Shown here piece after piece: positions 11,041-21,991 of a DNA stretch of 64,000 nt. The notes below the pieces were generated by a model that had not been told where the DNA came from, made no database searches, and saw nothing but the letters and a program-made list of their open reading frames with translations. Position 1 is the stretch's first letter, and each line of letters begins with the position of its first letter. The DNA is taken from the sequence record DRR723986_2455. The stretch is one strand, 5' to 3'. A program made the position numbers and the translations under genes.

Positions 11041-12232
11041 CGCCGCCATTGGGGCGACGCTGCAGTTGCTCCAGGTCGAGCGACTTCAGCTGGCTGTGCT
11101 GGCGCTCCAGTAACTCATTGTAGGGCGACTTGAGGCTTCCCACGCGGTTGCCTCGACAGCTTGCCCAGGCATCGAGGCGCTCGTGGTTGCAGCAGTTGTT
11201 GTCCAGCCAGATTCCTTCGCCTTCGGCGGTGGTGATATGCAGCCGGTCAATAGCCGCACATTCATCAGCCTGGCAGTGCCAGTCACTGCCCTCGCTGCAG
11301 ACGCGGGCGATACCCGGGCGAATTTTTAAACTGCGGTCTAGCTTGTGGAGTAGCTCTGCGGCGCACAATGCGCGAAACAGTGGGGCGTCGCAGCCGTCCA
11401 ATTGGAAGAAGCGCAGCGTGACGGCATTGTGCCGAGTCAGTATGAGTTCACCGTGGTAGAGGCGAGCAATGGCCTCGCTGCGGGCAAACGCCGTCTGCAG
11501 CTGCTGCTCAAAGCGTTCCGTGGTCATTTTTTCTTTCAGGTCGTCATAGGCCTGCCAATGGCAGTGCAGTATGTAGTAGTCGCGGTAGCGTTTTTCACCG
11601 GCCTGCATCAGCCGAATCTGGGGATTATGTATTTCATTTAGCAGCTCGCCGAGTGCATCTTGGCCGGGGTAGAGGCTCTCATCGTCTTTAATCGGTTGGG
11701 CAAGGCGCGCGCGGGCCCTATCCAAATGGCGCTCGATGCCGAGCATGGGTACGGCGATCAGCGCATAGCTCAAGCAGCAGAGGATGGCGGTGAGCAATAA
11801 CAGCGTTTTACCGAGATCGCGTATTTCATTGCCAATTAGCTCGCTGCTCAACGACAGTTTGACTTGCCCGAGACGCCCGTCTGCAGCGACGGCTGACTGG
11901 TAGTTCAGGTGGTCGTCCCGCCAGGTTCCGGCTTCCGCGACGGCTTCGCCGCGCGCATTTTGAATGCTGCCGTACACGATGAGCGGGCTTTCGATATAGT
12001 CCTGCAATATGGCCTGCAGGCTGACACGGTCATTGCGCAACAGCGCTTGCTGGCTCTGGGAGGCAAGTTGGTTGGTCCACTGCTGGCCGATCAAGCGGGT
12101 GGTTTCTAGCAGGATCTGCTTGCTGGCGGTCATGCTGGTAATTAGCAGGGTAAGGCCGGCAATACCGCATATCAGCGCGGCGATAAGGCCGCATTTCGAC
12201 GCTAGGGGTAGGCGCAGAAGCTGTTTTAGCAT
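11024..12232 (-). CDS. Membrane protein, AhpA/YtjB(Smp)-like, divergent from serB
   Basis: Two TM segments around a periplasmic domain ([10 protein letters not shown]); position next to serB. Confidence 0.6.
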   Translation of the reverse strand: MLKQLLRLPLASKCGLIAALICGIAGLTLLITSMTASKQILLETTRLIGQQWTNQLASQSQQALLRNDRVSLQAILQDYIESPLIVYGSIQNARGEAVAEAGTWRDDHLNYQSAVAADGRLGQVKLSLSSELIGNEIRDLGKTLLLLTAILCCLSYALIAVPMLGIERHLDRARARLAQPIKDDESLYPGQDALGELLNEIHNPQIRLMQAGEKRYRDYYILHCHWQAYDDLKEKMTTERFEQQLQTAFARSEAIARLYHGELILTRHNAVTLRFFQLDGCDAPLFRALCAAELLHKLDRSLKIRPGIARVCSEGSDWHCQADECAAIDRLHITTAEGEGIWLDNNCCNHERLDAWASCRGNRVGSLKSPYNELLERQHSQLKSLDLEQLQRRPNGGATAQH

Positions 12233-12411
12233 GTTTGTTTATCCGCTGAGAGAGTGGTTGCCTGGCAGGAGTATAACAAGGCTGTTAGCCGGTAAAGTGC
12301 ATTTTCCTCAGATCTCGTGCAAAAGCGCTGGCAGAAAGTCACCTCCACTGTCAGCAGTGCTTGGGCAGGCGCGGCACTCCCGCTACAATAGCGCCAAACC
12401 AAGGGGGCAGT

Positions 12412-13653
12412 GTGAACGAAATTATCATGATCAATATTGCTGGTGACGACCGTCCCGGCGTAACCAGTTCCATTACCGGTATTCTGGCTGACCACGATGT
12501 GTCGGTGTTGGATATTGGTCAGGCAGTGATCCACGACACGCTGTCACTGGGCCTGCTGGTGTCCCTGCCCTCGGGAACGGAAGCGGCGAGTATTCTCAAG
12601 GATGTTTTATTCCGCTGCCATGAAATGGGGCTGCAAGTGCGATTCTTGCCGGTGAGTGCCGACAGTTACCAGCAGTGGGTAGCCGGGCAGGGCAAGCAGC
12701 GCCACATTGTGACCTTGCTGGCGCGTAAAATCAGCGCCCAGCATATCGCCCACGTCACTGAGATCGTTTCACGCTATGGTTTGAATATTGACCGCATTGA
12801 CCGCTTGTCTGGACGGGTGCCGCTGGAGGGGGTGGACGAGCAGTCGAAGGCGTCGGTGGAGCTCTCTGTGCGAGGCAATTTGGCTGATGCATCCGATTTT
12901 CGCGGCGAGCTACTTACGCTCGCCAGCGAGATGGATATTGATATCGCTTACCAGGAAGACAGTATGTTCCGCCGCACGCGTCGCCTGGTCGCCTTTGATA
13001 TGGATTCGACGCTGATCGAAGCTGAGGTGATTGATGAGCTGGCCAGCGCAGCCGGCGTTGGCGAAAAAGTGGCGGAGATCACCGAGCGCGCGATGCGTGG
13101 AGAGATCGACTTTAAAGAAAGCTTTGCAGCCCGGGTCGCGCTTTTGAAAGGCTTGGATGAATCGGTGTTGGAGGGTATTGCCGAGAGTTTACCAATCACC
13201 GAGGGCGCCGAACGTCTGGTATCCACCTTGAAGAAACTGGGCTATAAAACCGCCATTTTGTCCGGTGGTTTTACCTACTTTGGTCACTACCTGCAAAAGC
13301 GTCTTGGCATTGACTATGTCTATGCCAACGAGCTGGCAATTGAAGAGGGGCGTGTCACCGGCGAGGTCAGCGGGGTAGTGGTTGATGGTCAACGCAAGGC
13401 CGAACTACTGCGTGAAATTGCCCAGCGAGAAGGTATCGACATGGAGCAGGTGATCGCGGTGGGGGACGGTGCCAATGACCTGCCCATGCTGAGCATTGCG
13501 GGCCTGGGGATCGCATTCCGCGCCAAGCCGATTGTGCGCGAGAACGCTAAACAGTCGATTTCTACCCTCGGCTTAGACAGCATATTGTACCTGCTGGGAA
13601 TCAGTGACCGCCTAAGCAGCCCTTCCGCTCAACCGAAGGCAGCAAATTCGTAA
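12412..13653 (+). CDS. serB: Phosphoserine phosphatase with ACT domains
   Basis: FDMDSTLI HAD motif, GDGANDLPM; GTG start at 12412. Confidence 0.95.
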   Translation: MNEIIMINIAGDDRPGVTSSITGILADHDVSVLDIGQAVIHDTLSLGLLVSLPSGTEAASILKDVLFRCHEMGLQVRFLPVSADSYQQWVAGQGKQRHIVTLLARKISAQHIAHVTEIVSRYGLNIDRIDRLSGRVPLEGVDEQSKASVELSVRGNLADASDFRGELLTLASEMDIDIAYQEDSMFRRTRRLVAFDMDSTLIEAEVIDELASAAGVGEKVAEITERAMRGEIDFKESFAARVALLKGLDESVLEGIAESLPITEGAERLVSTLKKLGYKTAILSGGFTYFGHYLQKRLGIDYVYANELAIEEGRVTGEVSGVVVDGQRKAELLREIAQREGIDMEQVIAVGDGANDLPMLSIAGLGIAFRAKPIVRENAKQSISTLGLDSILYLLGISDRLSSPSAQPKAANS

Positions 13654-15635
13654 GACATCTCCGTGGATGGGTCTTGCACATAACTGCCCTGAATAAAGTC
13701 AGGGCCGAGTTGCCACAGCACGGCTAGGCTGGCGGCACTGCTGACGTTGGGAATCAGTACGCGGCTATTCAGTTGGCGACCACCCTGGATGATCTCTCTG
13801 ATTTCATCGGCGCTCAGGCTGTCGGTTTTACGCACGCCCGGTTTAATCAGCGCGGGCTTAATGTGTTCCAGGAATTTATTGCCGTCTTGGCTGCGGCCGA
13901 AGTTGCGCACGGCTAGCCCAATTCCCAGCGACTCCAACTGGCGACAGCAATCCAGAGCGGGCTTCAGCGAGCTGGCAATGCTCTCTTCGCTAAACTGCAG
14001 TATCAGTGCACTACCGGGAAGGCCGGCGGCTTTCATGGCGACGCTCAGCCATGAGCAAAACTCGCTGTCGTGAAAGACATTGCCGCTGAGGTTGATGGTT
14101 AATTTTGTATCCTCGCCAGCGGCGCGCTTTTTCGCCAAGACCTTGGTTGTTTCAACCACAATCCATCGATCGAGCTTATTGTTGTTCGGCTCTTTCTCTA
14201 CAACGCGCAGCATTTCCCCTGCGGTCACTTCGCCTTCTTGCCAATCTCTAATATCCAGGGAGGCTTCGTAGTAATCCCCCTCGGCATCGCTGAGATTAAT
14301 AATGGGTTGAAACAGAATTTGCAGGCGCTGGTCGGCGAAAGCCTCTTCAATAAGTGTGCTTATCTCATCACTGCGCTGCAGCTGCTGGCGGTCGCGGTGA
14401 TAAATTTCGGCAGCGTTACCACCGTCGGCCGCGATGCTTTGCACCGTCTCAAAACACTGGTCAAGCAACGTCGCAGCGTGGGGCGTGGTGAGGTGATTAA
14501 TGGGCATAATCGCTGCGCTAAAGTGACATTGCAGCGACTGTTTTTTTACCTCAATAATCTCAGACTCGATGGCCTTTAGTGCTTCTTGGCTGGTTTCTAA
14601 GGCCCGTTGACTGGGAACATGATGGGCGATCACTGCGAACAGATCGTCGGCGATGCGACCGTAGTACTGCGCCGGGATTAATGCTTGAAGACGCTCGCTC
14701 AAGGCCTGAATTAGTGTTTCGGTATTGTGCAGATTTAAGTCGCGCCGGAACTTGTCGAAGTTATCGAGTTGCAGCACGATGAGTGAGCTATTGCTGTTTC
14801 GCTGCGCGTCGACGAAGTCTTGCAGCAGTTGTGCAAAGTGCTTGCGATTTGCCAGCCCGGTTGTCGCGTCGAGGTGGCCGGTGGCGGCGCCGCTGCCAGC
14901 TTCGTGCAGGGTTAGCTGTACACAGGCCTCACCGTCGTAGCTGGCGTTATTGCAGGTGACCGAGCTTTTTAGCTCTTGCTCGTCGCTACTTAAGAAACTA
15001 ATTTCCAGCGTGCTGCCGTCACTGTTGCCTGGCTGCTTTTTTAGGGCGTTTTTAAAGCGATCTTGATCTTTGTTGCAAATCAAATCGACGATAGGAAAAC
15101 CATCCAGGTCGTCGTGGCCGACTTGCTGACAGAACAGCGCATTGGCATAAATAATCATGCCGTCAGTGATATAGCAAACCGCATCTTGGTGCGAATCCAG
15201 CAGCAGTGCATTGCGTTGCTGCTCTTCAAGCAACGCCGCTTTGGTGGCATCGAGCTCTCTGCGGCTTGCCAGTGCTTCAAGTTCTCGCTGCGCAAAAAAC
15301 AGCAGGCGCGCGCGGTTTTGGTTGCTCAACACCAAACTGACTGAAGTGTCGGGCAGTGGGATGTTTTCGTCGTCGCTGAGGTAGATAAATGGCAGATCGA
15401 CGTTGGCGTGTCTGAGTATCTGGCCGCACTGCGCAATCGATAACTTTGAGTGCACGGCATCGAAGAATGCTAAGTCCCAGTGGCTATCACTGAGTTGCTC
15501 CTGCAGCTCTATGCCGTCGTTAATCAGCTTGCTATGGGCGACCTTGCCGGCACGGCGAAATGTGCTGATGATGTCTTCAGCATTGTCGTCATTGAAGCCG
15601 ATAAGCAGCAATTTTATCGCGGAGGTGCGGGCCAT
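13629..15635 (-). CDS. fimX: REC-PAS-GGDEF-EAL protein with degenerate motifs, FimX-like
   Basis: Domain order; DATTGLANR, LFQPII, PDFIQG; serB-fimX-fimW synteny as in P. aeruginosa. Confidence 0.7.
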   Translation of the reverse strand: MARTSAIKLLLIGFNDDNAEDIISTFRRAGKVAHSKLINDGIELQEQLSDSHWDLAFFDAVHSKLSIAQCGQILRHANVDLPFIYLSDDENIPLPDTSVSLVLSNQNRARLLFFAQRELEALASRRELDATKAALLEEQQRNALLLDSHQDAVCYITDGMIIYANALFCQQVGHDDLDGFPIVDLICNKDQDRFKNALKKQPGNSDGSTLEISFLSSDEQELKSSVTCNNASYDGEACVQLTLHEAGSGAATGHLDATTGLANRKHFAQLLQDFVDAQRNSNSSLIVLQLDNFDKFRRDLNLHNTETLIQALSERLQALIPAQYYGRIADDLFAVIAHHVPSQRALETSQEALKAIESEIIEVKKQSLQCHFSAAIMPINHLTTPHAATLLDQCFETVQSIAADGGNAAEIYHRDRQQLQRSDEISTLIEEAFADQRLQILFQPIINLSDAEGDYYEASLDIRDWQEGEVTAGEMLRVVEKEPNNNKLDRWIVVETTKVLAKKRAAGEDTKLTINLSGNVFHDSEFCSWLSVAMKAAGLPGSALILQFSEESIASSLKPALDCCRQLESLGIGLAVRNFGRSQDGNKFLEHIKPALIKPGVRKTDSLSADEIREIIQGGRQLNSRVLIPNVSSAASLAVLWQLGPDFIQGSYVQDPSTEMSYEFAAFG

Positions 15636-15669
15636 AATTCCTCAACATTGACGTCGCCGGGTACGGCGC

Positions 15670-17469
15670 TTACAAAATATCCCAGAGCTTGTTGAAGTCG
15701 CCTTCATTGTCATCGTCGTCACCGCGTTTTGCCACAATACGATCGACACTGCTGGTTTGTTGCCGGTTGGTGTCTGTGTACGCGAACAGCTTGTATGCCG
15801 TTGAGCTGTCGACGATCTCATCGAGTTTTATACGCATAACGTGACCGGGGCGAATCAGCTCTACCGTCTGCCCCGTTGCGAAGCCAGTGATGTTGGTTAA
15901 CATCACCAGGGGGCCGCTGTCCCGACCGGGAATGAGCAGGGCTCGCTGGAAATCTCCTGAAGCCAAGCCAGATTGCATCGCTCTGGCGCTGTAGGCCGTT
16001 GCCGCGCTCGCAATCACTTCAACGCCCATTTGATGGCTTTCGTCGCTTCTGAGCCAGCGAACAACGGCTATTCGCCAGTTTTCATAGTCGTCAGTTTTTA
16101 CACCGATAACTTCTCCAGTACGAATCCGGGTCTCAATAGTGTCCGGCCACTCAATACGGTATCCGGAGGTGCTGCTGTCCATTAGGCGAGCGCGCTGGTA
16201 GTGATAGTGGCTCTCGCTCTTGCCGGGGCCATTTTGAGTCTGCGGCAAGGTATAGGAAATGTCTTCGACCGCGGCCCGCTCGCTGCGCCCCTCGTGCCAG
16301 TGGTCATTGATATCGTAGTCGCGCGTGTCGCGGCCGCCGCTGCCTGCCCAAGGGTCGGAGTTTTGGGGTTTGTTGTTGTACGGGTCTGCTCTCGAACTGG
16401 CGTCACTGCCCTCAAGTTCGAACAGCTCAAAGTCTGACTGATTTGCCGCGAAGTAATGGGTTGGGTTCATTCCCACGGTAATGAGCGCCGTCTCATCGCA
16501 GGGAATACGCTCTGCGGCTCGCAGGGTCGCGGCGCTCCAGGCCATGCTCAACTGGCTGAGCACGTGCTCAGGTAGCTTAAATTCAACGCTGAGTTTGCTG
16601 CCAGGGATTTTGCTGAGCAACTTGGCGCTGCCGCCTTGCAGGGCGGAGGTGTCGATGCCCAGCCAACCGGGGCTGGGCGCTTTGTCGGCCAGCTCGCGAT
16701 AGACCGGGGGAGCGTCTTGCTCGGGGTCGAGTAAGAAAACGCAGCTTTCAAGGCGTTTACTGCGCAGTTCAATCTCGCTGCTCCAGTATCGCAAACCGAA
16801 AAAGACTTGTTCGATATAGCGCTGGGAAAGCTGCGAGCAGCGGCTGCAGGCCAGAATGAGTGGTCGTAAATAGGCCTGCTCGACGGTGCCGCCGCCTTGG
16901 CTGCGATCATCAATGCGCTGCTTGGTGAGCTTTTGCAGTTGTGCGCTGTGGTAGATGTGGTGGAGGTTTTGCCAAAACCGCCGTGGTGGTGTGCGGTATA
17001 GCTGGTAGCTGCGAACCAACACACAGCTGTACTCGGTTAACGCGCGATGCAGGCAGGTTGCCAGCGTCTCTTTAGGTTTAAGCAGTCTGGATTCAAGTTC
17101 CAAATTTACAAAGGCTTGGCAGTAGCCGAGTGCCAGCAAGGTGTTTAGCGTGTCTGCCAACTGAACGATTTTTTCAGACTTCTCGGGTAGAACAATGGGT
17201 TTGTTTAAATAGTGTTGCGAGAGGCCGCGGGTAATGTAATGCACATGGGGGCGAATTTTTTCCAGCACTTCAAAGCGGTCACGACCCTTGCAGCGAACAT
17301 GGCTGAGCTCACTCAGCGCTTGATACAAGCGGCGAGTGGTTTCGCCAAGGTTGGCGCGCGGCAGAGTTTCCAGCCACTTTCCGGCTGCCGATGCCGTCAG
17401 GCTGAAGAGGCTGTGTTGGTGCCGGTTAATTTCCGGCAGCGGTACCAGCAGGCTTGGTGTGCTGTTCAT
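15670..17469 (-). CDS. fimW: c-di-GMP receptor, FimW-like (PilZ-type C-terminus)
   Basis: WLETLPRANLGET N-terminus; RxxxR (RAAER) and DxSxxG (DSSTSG) motifs; adjacent to fimX. Confidence 0.65.
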   Translation of the reverse strand: MNSTPSLLVPLPEINRHQHSLFSLTASAAGKWLETLPRANLGETTRRLYQALSELSHVRCKGRDRFEVLEKIRPHVHYITRGLSQHYLNKPIVLPEKSEKIVQLADTLNTLLALGYCQAFVNLELESRLLKPKETLATCLHRALTEYSCVLVRSYQLYRTPPRRFWQNLHHIYHSAQLQKLTKQRIDDRSQGGGTVEQAYLRPLILACSRCSQLSQRYIEQVFFGLRYWSSEIELRSKRLESCVFLLDPEQDAPPVYRELADKAPSPGWLGIDTSALQGGSAKLLSKIPGSKLSVEFKLPEHVLSQLSMAWSAATLRAAERIPCDETALITVGMNPTHYFAANQSDFELFELEGSDASSRADPYNNKPQNSDPWAGSGGRDTRDYDINDHWHEGRSERAAVEDISYTLPQTQNGPGKSESHYHYQRARLMDSSTSGYRIEWPDTIETRIRTGEVIGVKTDDYENWRIAVVRWLRSDESHQMGVEVIASAATAYSARAMQSGLASGDFQRALLIPGRDSGPLVMLTNITGFATGQTVELIRPGHVMRIKLDEIVDSSTAYKLFAYTDTNRQQTSSVDRIVAKRGDDDDNEGDFNKLWDIL

Positions 17470-17539
17470 GGCATTCCGTTATCAATCGCGATACATCACT
17501 TCTGCGATGGTAAATAAGTATATGTTTTTACGCGTTTAA

Positions 17540-18553
17540 TTAGCGTAGCGCAAGTGGCGTCTTGCTGCGCTGGCCGGGCTCCTCGCGAACCAGTCGCGGC
17601 ACTAAGTAGCCGGGCAGCGAGGCCAGTAACTGCTGCATAATTTGCTGCGCTTTGGCATCGTCAACGTGAAAGTGTCCTGCGCCGTTAACCTTGTCCAACA
17701 CATGCAGATAGTAGGGGAGAACGCCGCAGTCGAACAATTGTTTGCTCAGGCTAGTCAGTGTTTTTGCGCAGTCGTTCACTCCTTTAAGCAGCACGCTCTG
17801 GTTGAGAAGCGTGAATCCGGCCCGCTTTAATTCTAGCAGTGCGGTGACAGTGTCGCTGTCGATCTCATTGGGATGATTGGCGTGCACAACGATGACGGTG
17901 TGTAATTGCGGCCGCGTCAGGGCATCAATCAGCCCGTGGGTTATTCTCGCGGGTAAAACCAGTGGCAGGCGTGTGTGCAGCCGCAGGGTATTGATTTGTG
18001 GCAGGGCCGCCAGGCGGTCAACAAGCTGGTGAAGGTAGTCATCCGGCGCCGACAGGGGGTCGCCGCCGCTTAGAATAACTTCATTTATCTCAGGGTGAGC
18101 GCTGATATAGTCCAGCGCCGCGCGCCAGTCGTCCTGGCTTGCGCGATTGTCGTTGTAGGGGAAGGCTCGGCGAAAGCAGTAGCGACAGTGAACGGCGCAG
18201 GCGGGGGTGGTCACCATCAGGACACGGCCGCGGTATTTATGGATAAGCCCAGGTACTGGATTGCTGGCCGCTTCCTGTAAGGGGTCATTGCTGTAGCCGG
18301 GCTGATCATTCAGCTCTTGTGCTTGTGGCAGTATTTGCAGCAGCAGAGGGTCGCTCCAGTCGCCTGGCTGCATTTTTGCGACAAAGGCCTCGGTGACGCG
18401 CAATGGAAAGTCGGCAAGCGCAGTCTGAATATCCGGGCGGTCACCGGGGTCGAGCGCTAACCGCTGCCAGAGCTGTTCCGGGCTGCGGATCATATCGCGG
18501 TATTGCTGTTGCCAATCTGTAGTCTGCCAATGTGGCGCGTTAAGAGGTATCAT
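17540..18553 (-). CDS. epmB: EF-P beta-lysylation lysine 2,3-aminomutase
   Basis: CAVHCRYCFRR radical SAM motif; LSGGDPL; divergent from efp. Confidence 0.95.
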   Translation of the reverse strand: MIPLNAPHWQTTDWQQQYRDMIRSPEQLWQRLALDPGDRPDIQTALADFPLRVTEAFVAKMQPGDWSDPLLLQILPQAQELNDQPGYSNDPLQEAASNPVPGLIHKYRGRVLMVTTPACAVHCRYCFRRAFPYNDNRASQDDWRAALDYISAHPEINEVILSGGDPLSAPDDYLHQLVDRLAALPQINTLRLHTRLPLVLPARITHGLIDALTRPQLHTVIVVHANHPNEIDSDTVTALLELKRAGFTLLNQSVLLKGVNDCAKTLTSLSKQLFDCGVLPYYLHVLDKVNGAGHFHVDDAKAQQIMQQLLASLPGYLVPRLVREEPGQRSKTPLALR

Positions 18554-18599
18554 GTCGCCCTTTTAAAAATACGCTAAAGCCCAGTCGCTGAGGATAATC

Positions 18600-19169
18600 A
18601 TGGCCAGCTATTCTACCAATGAATTTCGCTCTGGATTGAAAGTGATGCTCGACGGTGAGCCCTGTTCAATTCTAGACAATGAATTTGTAAAACCCGGAAA
18701 GGGACAGGCGTTCAACCGCGTGAAGCTGCGCAACCTTAACACCGGACGGGTGTGGGAGCGTACGTTTAAATCGGGTGAGTCCCTTGAGGGAGCCGACGTG
18801 ATGGATCATGAAATGGAATACCTCTACAGCGATGGTGAGTTTTTCCACTTTATGGACCCCACCAATTTCGAGCAGGTGCAAGCCGATGAGAAGGCGGTTG
18901 GCGATGCCGCTCAATGGTTGAAAGAGCAGGACGTTTGCACCGTGACCCTGTACAACGGCGCGCCCCTGTCGGTGACTCCGCCAAACTTCGTGGAGTTGGA
19001 AATTGTCGAAACCGATCCCGGCCTGAAAGGCGATACCGCGCAGGGTGGCACCAAGCCGGCCCACCTGAGCACCGGAGCCGTGGTGAAGGTTCCGCTGTTC
19101 ATCAGCCAGGGTGAAGTGATTCGCGTTGACACCCGCAGCGGTGAATACGTTAGCCGGGTGAAAAGCTAA
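18600..19169 (+). CDS. efp: Elongation factor P
   Basis: [10 protein letters not shown] loop; [10 protein letters not shown]. Confidence 0.98.
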   Translation: MASYSTNEFRSGLKVMLDGEPCSILDNEFVKPGKGQAFNRVKLRNLNTGRVWERTFKSGESLEGADVMDHEMEYLYSDGEFFHFMDPTNFEQVQADEKAVGDAAQWLKEQDVCTVTLYNGAPLSVTPPNFVELEIVETDPGLKGDTAQGGTKPAHLSTGAVVKVPLFISQGEVIRVDTRSGEYVSRVKS

Positions 19170-20129
19170 TTGAGAGACTGGCGCCCCAGTGCGTCGATGG
19201 TGGCCCTGCGCAGCAGGGCCGCGCTATACGCCGCGCTACGCACCCGCTTTGCCGAGCGCGGGGTGATGGAAGTTGAAACGCCACTGCTGGCCTCTTCGCC
19301 GGTAACCGACCCCCATATTGACGCCATTGCCACAGCAAATCCGCTGTCGGGCGACCATCCTTTCTACTTACAGACCTCCCCCGAATATGCCATGAAGCGT
19401 CTGCTCGCTGCTGGCAGCGGCGCGATTTTTCAAATCTGTAAGGCGTTTCGTGGCAGCGAACATGGCGCTCGTCACAACCCTGAGTTCACGATGCTCGAGT
19501 GGTACGAGCCGGGTGTACCGCTCGAATCACTGATGGATGAGGTCGCTGCGGTTATTCGCTTGGCCGTTGGCGATAAAGCCGTGGAGCACATGACTTACCG
19601 GTCGGCGTTCTTAACCGCGGTAGGCCTGGACCCGCATACCGCCAGCCTCGATGCGTTGCGAGACTGTGCCTCACAGCATATGGATATCAACTTCGAGAGC
19701 GATGAGCGTGATACCTGGCTGCAGTTGATCATGTCGGCAGTTGTCGAGCCGAGCTTTGACGGCGAGGCTATTACCTTCGTGGTGGATTTTCCCGAGTCGC
19801 AAGCCGCACTGGCCAATATCGCCATTGATGCTCAGGGGCAATCGGTAGCGCGGCGCTTTGAGGCGTTCTGTGGCGGTTTAGAGTTGGCGAATGGTTACGA
19901 CGAGTTGCGCGACGCCGGTGAGTTGCTGCGGCGCATACGTCGCGATCACCAGCAGCGTAAGGCAAGCGGTCAAACATTGCCGCCGATTGACCGCAACCTG
20001 CTGTCGGCGATGCAGGCCGGTTTGCCCGAATGTTGTGGTGTTGCCGTGGGGCTGGACCGCTTATTAATGCTGGCGACAAGCAGCTCGCGCATCGACGAGG
20101 TTGTGGCTTTTCCGCTGGACCGGGTGTGA
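19170..20129 (+). CDS. epmA: EF-P lysine aminoacylase
   Basis: LQTSPEYAMKRLL, HNPEFTMLEWY, GLDRL. Confidence 0.95.
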   Translation: MRDWRPSASMVALRSRAALYAALRTRFAERGVMEVETPLLASSPVTDPHIDAIATANPLSGDHPFYLQTSPEYAMKRLLAAGSGAIFQICKAFRGSEHGARHNPEFTMLEWYEPGVPLESLMDEVAAVIRLAVGDKAVEHMTYRSAFLTAVGLDPHTASLDALRDCASQHMDINFESDERDTWLQLIMSAVVEPSFDGEAITFVVDFPESQAALANIAIDAQGQSVARRFEAFCGGLELANGYDELRDAGELLRRIRRDHQQRKASGQTLPPIDRNLLSAMQAGLPECCGVAVGLDRLLMLATSSSRIDEVVAFPLDRV

Positions 20130-20185
20130 TCCAGCGGGGCTTTACACGGGCGCGAAAGCCGACTCGTTGGTTGGGGGCGGGTTTT

Positions 20186-21037
20186 CTAGCGTCGACGCGC
20201 CAGGGCCTCGCCAAGTCGCGTGGGGGTTAGGGCTTCATACTGCTCCAGCCAATCCACTTGGTCTTTGCCGAATAGCAAAATCACCGTTGACCCCAGTTTA
20301 AAGCGCCCCATTTCTTCGCCTTTTTGCAGTACGGGTGCGGCTTCAGTTTCCTGGTACTGGCGGGTGGTAATTTCCCGTGGAGGGGGTGCAACCTGGCCCG
20401 CCCATACCGTCTCAATGCCCGCGACAATCATGGCGCCCACCAAAATCATTGCCATAGGGCCGGCCTCGGTATCAAAAATACACACCGCCCGCTCGTTACG
20501 AGCAAAAAGGCTGCGCACGCTTTCAGCGGTAGTGGTGTTTACTGAAAACAGCTTGCCGGGGATGTAAGTCATGCTGCGCAGGGTGCCGGTGATCGGCATG
20601 TGAACACGGTGGTAGTCGCGGGGAGACAGATAAATAGTTGCAAAGCTACCATCGCGAAAGGTTTCGCTGAGCGCCTCGTCGCCACCGAGCAGGGTATTCA
20701 GGCTGTAGTCCTGGCCCTTGGCCTGAAAAATACGGCCATCGTGAATGCGACCTAACTGGCTGATGGCACCGTCCGCTGGGCAGCACAGGGTTTCCGCTTT
20801 GTCGTCGATTGGGCGCGCGCCATCGCGCAGCGCGCGGGTAAAAAAGTCATTGAAGTTGGCGTAGTCCTGCGGGCTGTCCGCTGCGGCTTCCTCCATGTTG
20901 ACCTTGTACTGCCGGATGAATTGGCTGATCAAGATGTTTTTTAGCCAAGGGCTGCGACACTCCGCCAGCCGCCCGACAAGGCGCGACAATAAATGCTGGG
21001 GAAGCAGGTGTTGCAGAATAATAAAAACAGTGTTCAC
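20186..21037 (-). CDS. psd: Phosphatidylserine decarboxylase proenzyme
   Basis: [13 protein letters not shown] and LGST cleavage motif. Confidence 0.96.
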   Translation of the reverse strand: MNTVFIILQHLLPQHLLSRLVGRLAECRSPWLKNILISQFIRQYKVNMEEAAADSPQDYANFNDFFTRALRDGARPIDDKAETLCCPADGAISQLGRIHDGRIFQAKGQDYSLNTLLGGDEALSETFRDGSFATIYLSPRDYHRVHMPITGTLRSMTYIPGKLFSVNTTTAESVRSLFARNERAVCIFDTEAGPMAMILVGAMIVAGIETVWAGQVAPPPREITTRQYQETEAAPVLQKGEEMGRFKLGSTVILLFGKDQVDWLEQYEALTPTRLGEALARRR

Positions 21038-21075
21038 GATGTCGCCTCTACATTGGCAGTGTATAAAAGAATGTT

Positions 21076-21900
21076 CTAGGGAGCGTCGCCGGTGTTGATA
21101 GGCGTGTCGTCGCGATTACCCCACTCTCCCCACGAGCCGTCATAGGCCTTGATATGGGGGTAGCCAAGTATCTTCATCAATAGATAGCTCAGGCCCGAGC
21201 GGTGATGGGTTTGGCAGTGGGTGATAACGGTGCGGTCACGGGTAATGCCCAGTGCCTGCAACTGGGCTTCCAGTTCGCCAAGGTCTTTCAGGCGGAAGTC
21301 ATTGTCTTTGTCCATGAGTGCCAGCCAGTCTAGGTTGACGGCACCGGGAATGTGGCCGCCCCGCGCAGCCAGTACTTTTTCACCGCGATACTCCTCGGCG
21401 CTGCGAGCATCCCATATGGCGAGCTGGCTATTGCCAAGAAGGTTGATAAAGCCTTCGATCTCCGCGATTGGCGTGCTGTCAATATGGATGCTGATGTCGC
21501 TGCTGGGCACGTCGTGTTCGCCGTTTTCGGTTGGGTGACCACCGGCTAGCCAGGCGTGCAAACCGCCATTGAGGTAGGAGTAGTTGTGATGGCCAATAGC
21601 ATCCAGGGTCCAGATCAGGCGTCCAGCCCAGCCGCCGCCTTCGTCGTCGTAGGCAACAACATGGTGTTCGGGGCGGAGCCCGATGCGCGAGAACAGCGCC
21701 TGTAGGTCCGCTTCGCGGGGAATTTTACCGACGGCTGGCTTTTCGCCGCGCTGTAGTTCCGAGGGGGCAATATGCACGGCGCCGGGGATATGGTGGCGGA
21801 GGTAGTTGTCGCGGCTACTGGTATCAACAATCAGCAAATTTGGCTGGTCAAGCGCGGATACAAGCGCTTCGGTCTCAATAAGTAGTGGTAAGTCACTCAT
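21076..21900 (-). CDS. rhdA: Two-domain rhodanese / thiosulfate sulfurtransferase
   Basis: HIPGAV twice, HCQTHHRSG active loop, YDGSWGEW. Confidence 0.88.
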   Translation of the reverse strand: MSDLPLLIETEALVSALDQPNLLIVDTSSRDNYLRHHIPGAVHIAPSELQRGEKPAVGKIPREADLQALFSRIGLRPEHHVVAYDDEGGGWAGRLIWTLDAIGHHNYSYLNGGLHAWLAGGHPTENGEHDVPSSDISIHIDSTPIAEIEGFINLLGNSQLAIWDARSAEEYRGEKVLAARGGHIPGAVNLDWLALMDKDNDFRLKDLGELEAQLQALGITRDRTVITHCQTHHRSGLSYLLMKILGYPHIKAYDGSWGEWGNRDDTPINTGDAP

Positions 21901-21991
21901 AGCGTTCCCTCCTGTTTCGGCGGATTGTAACAGCTAGCGCGGCGGTGCTGCGATGCCTCTGTCGCAGCAGTTTCTGAGCTCGCCGCTGCCG

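Noticed and set aside
13629-13653. Convergent 3' overlaps (serB/fimX, also parC with its neighbour)
   Set aside because: Short tail overlaps are common and carry no further signal
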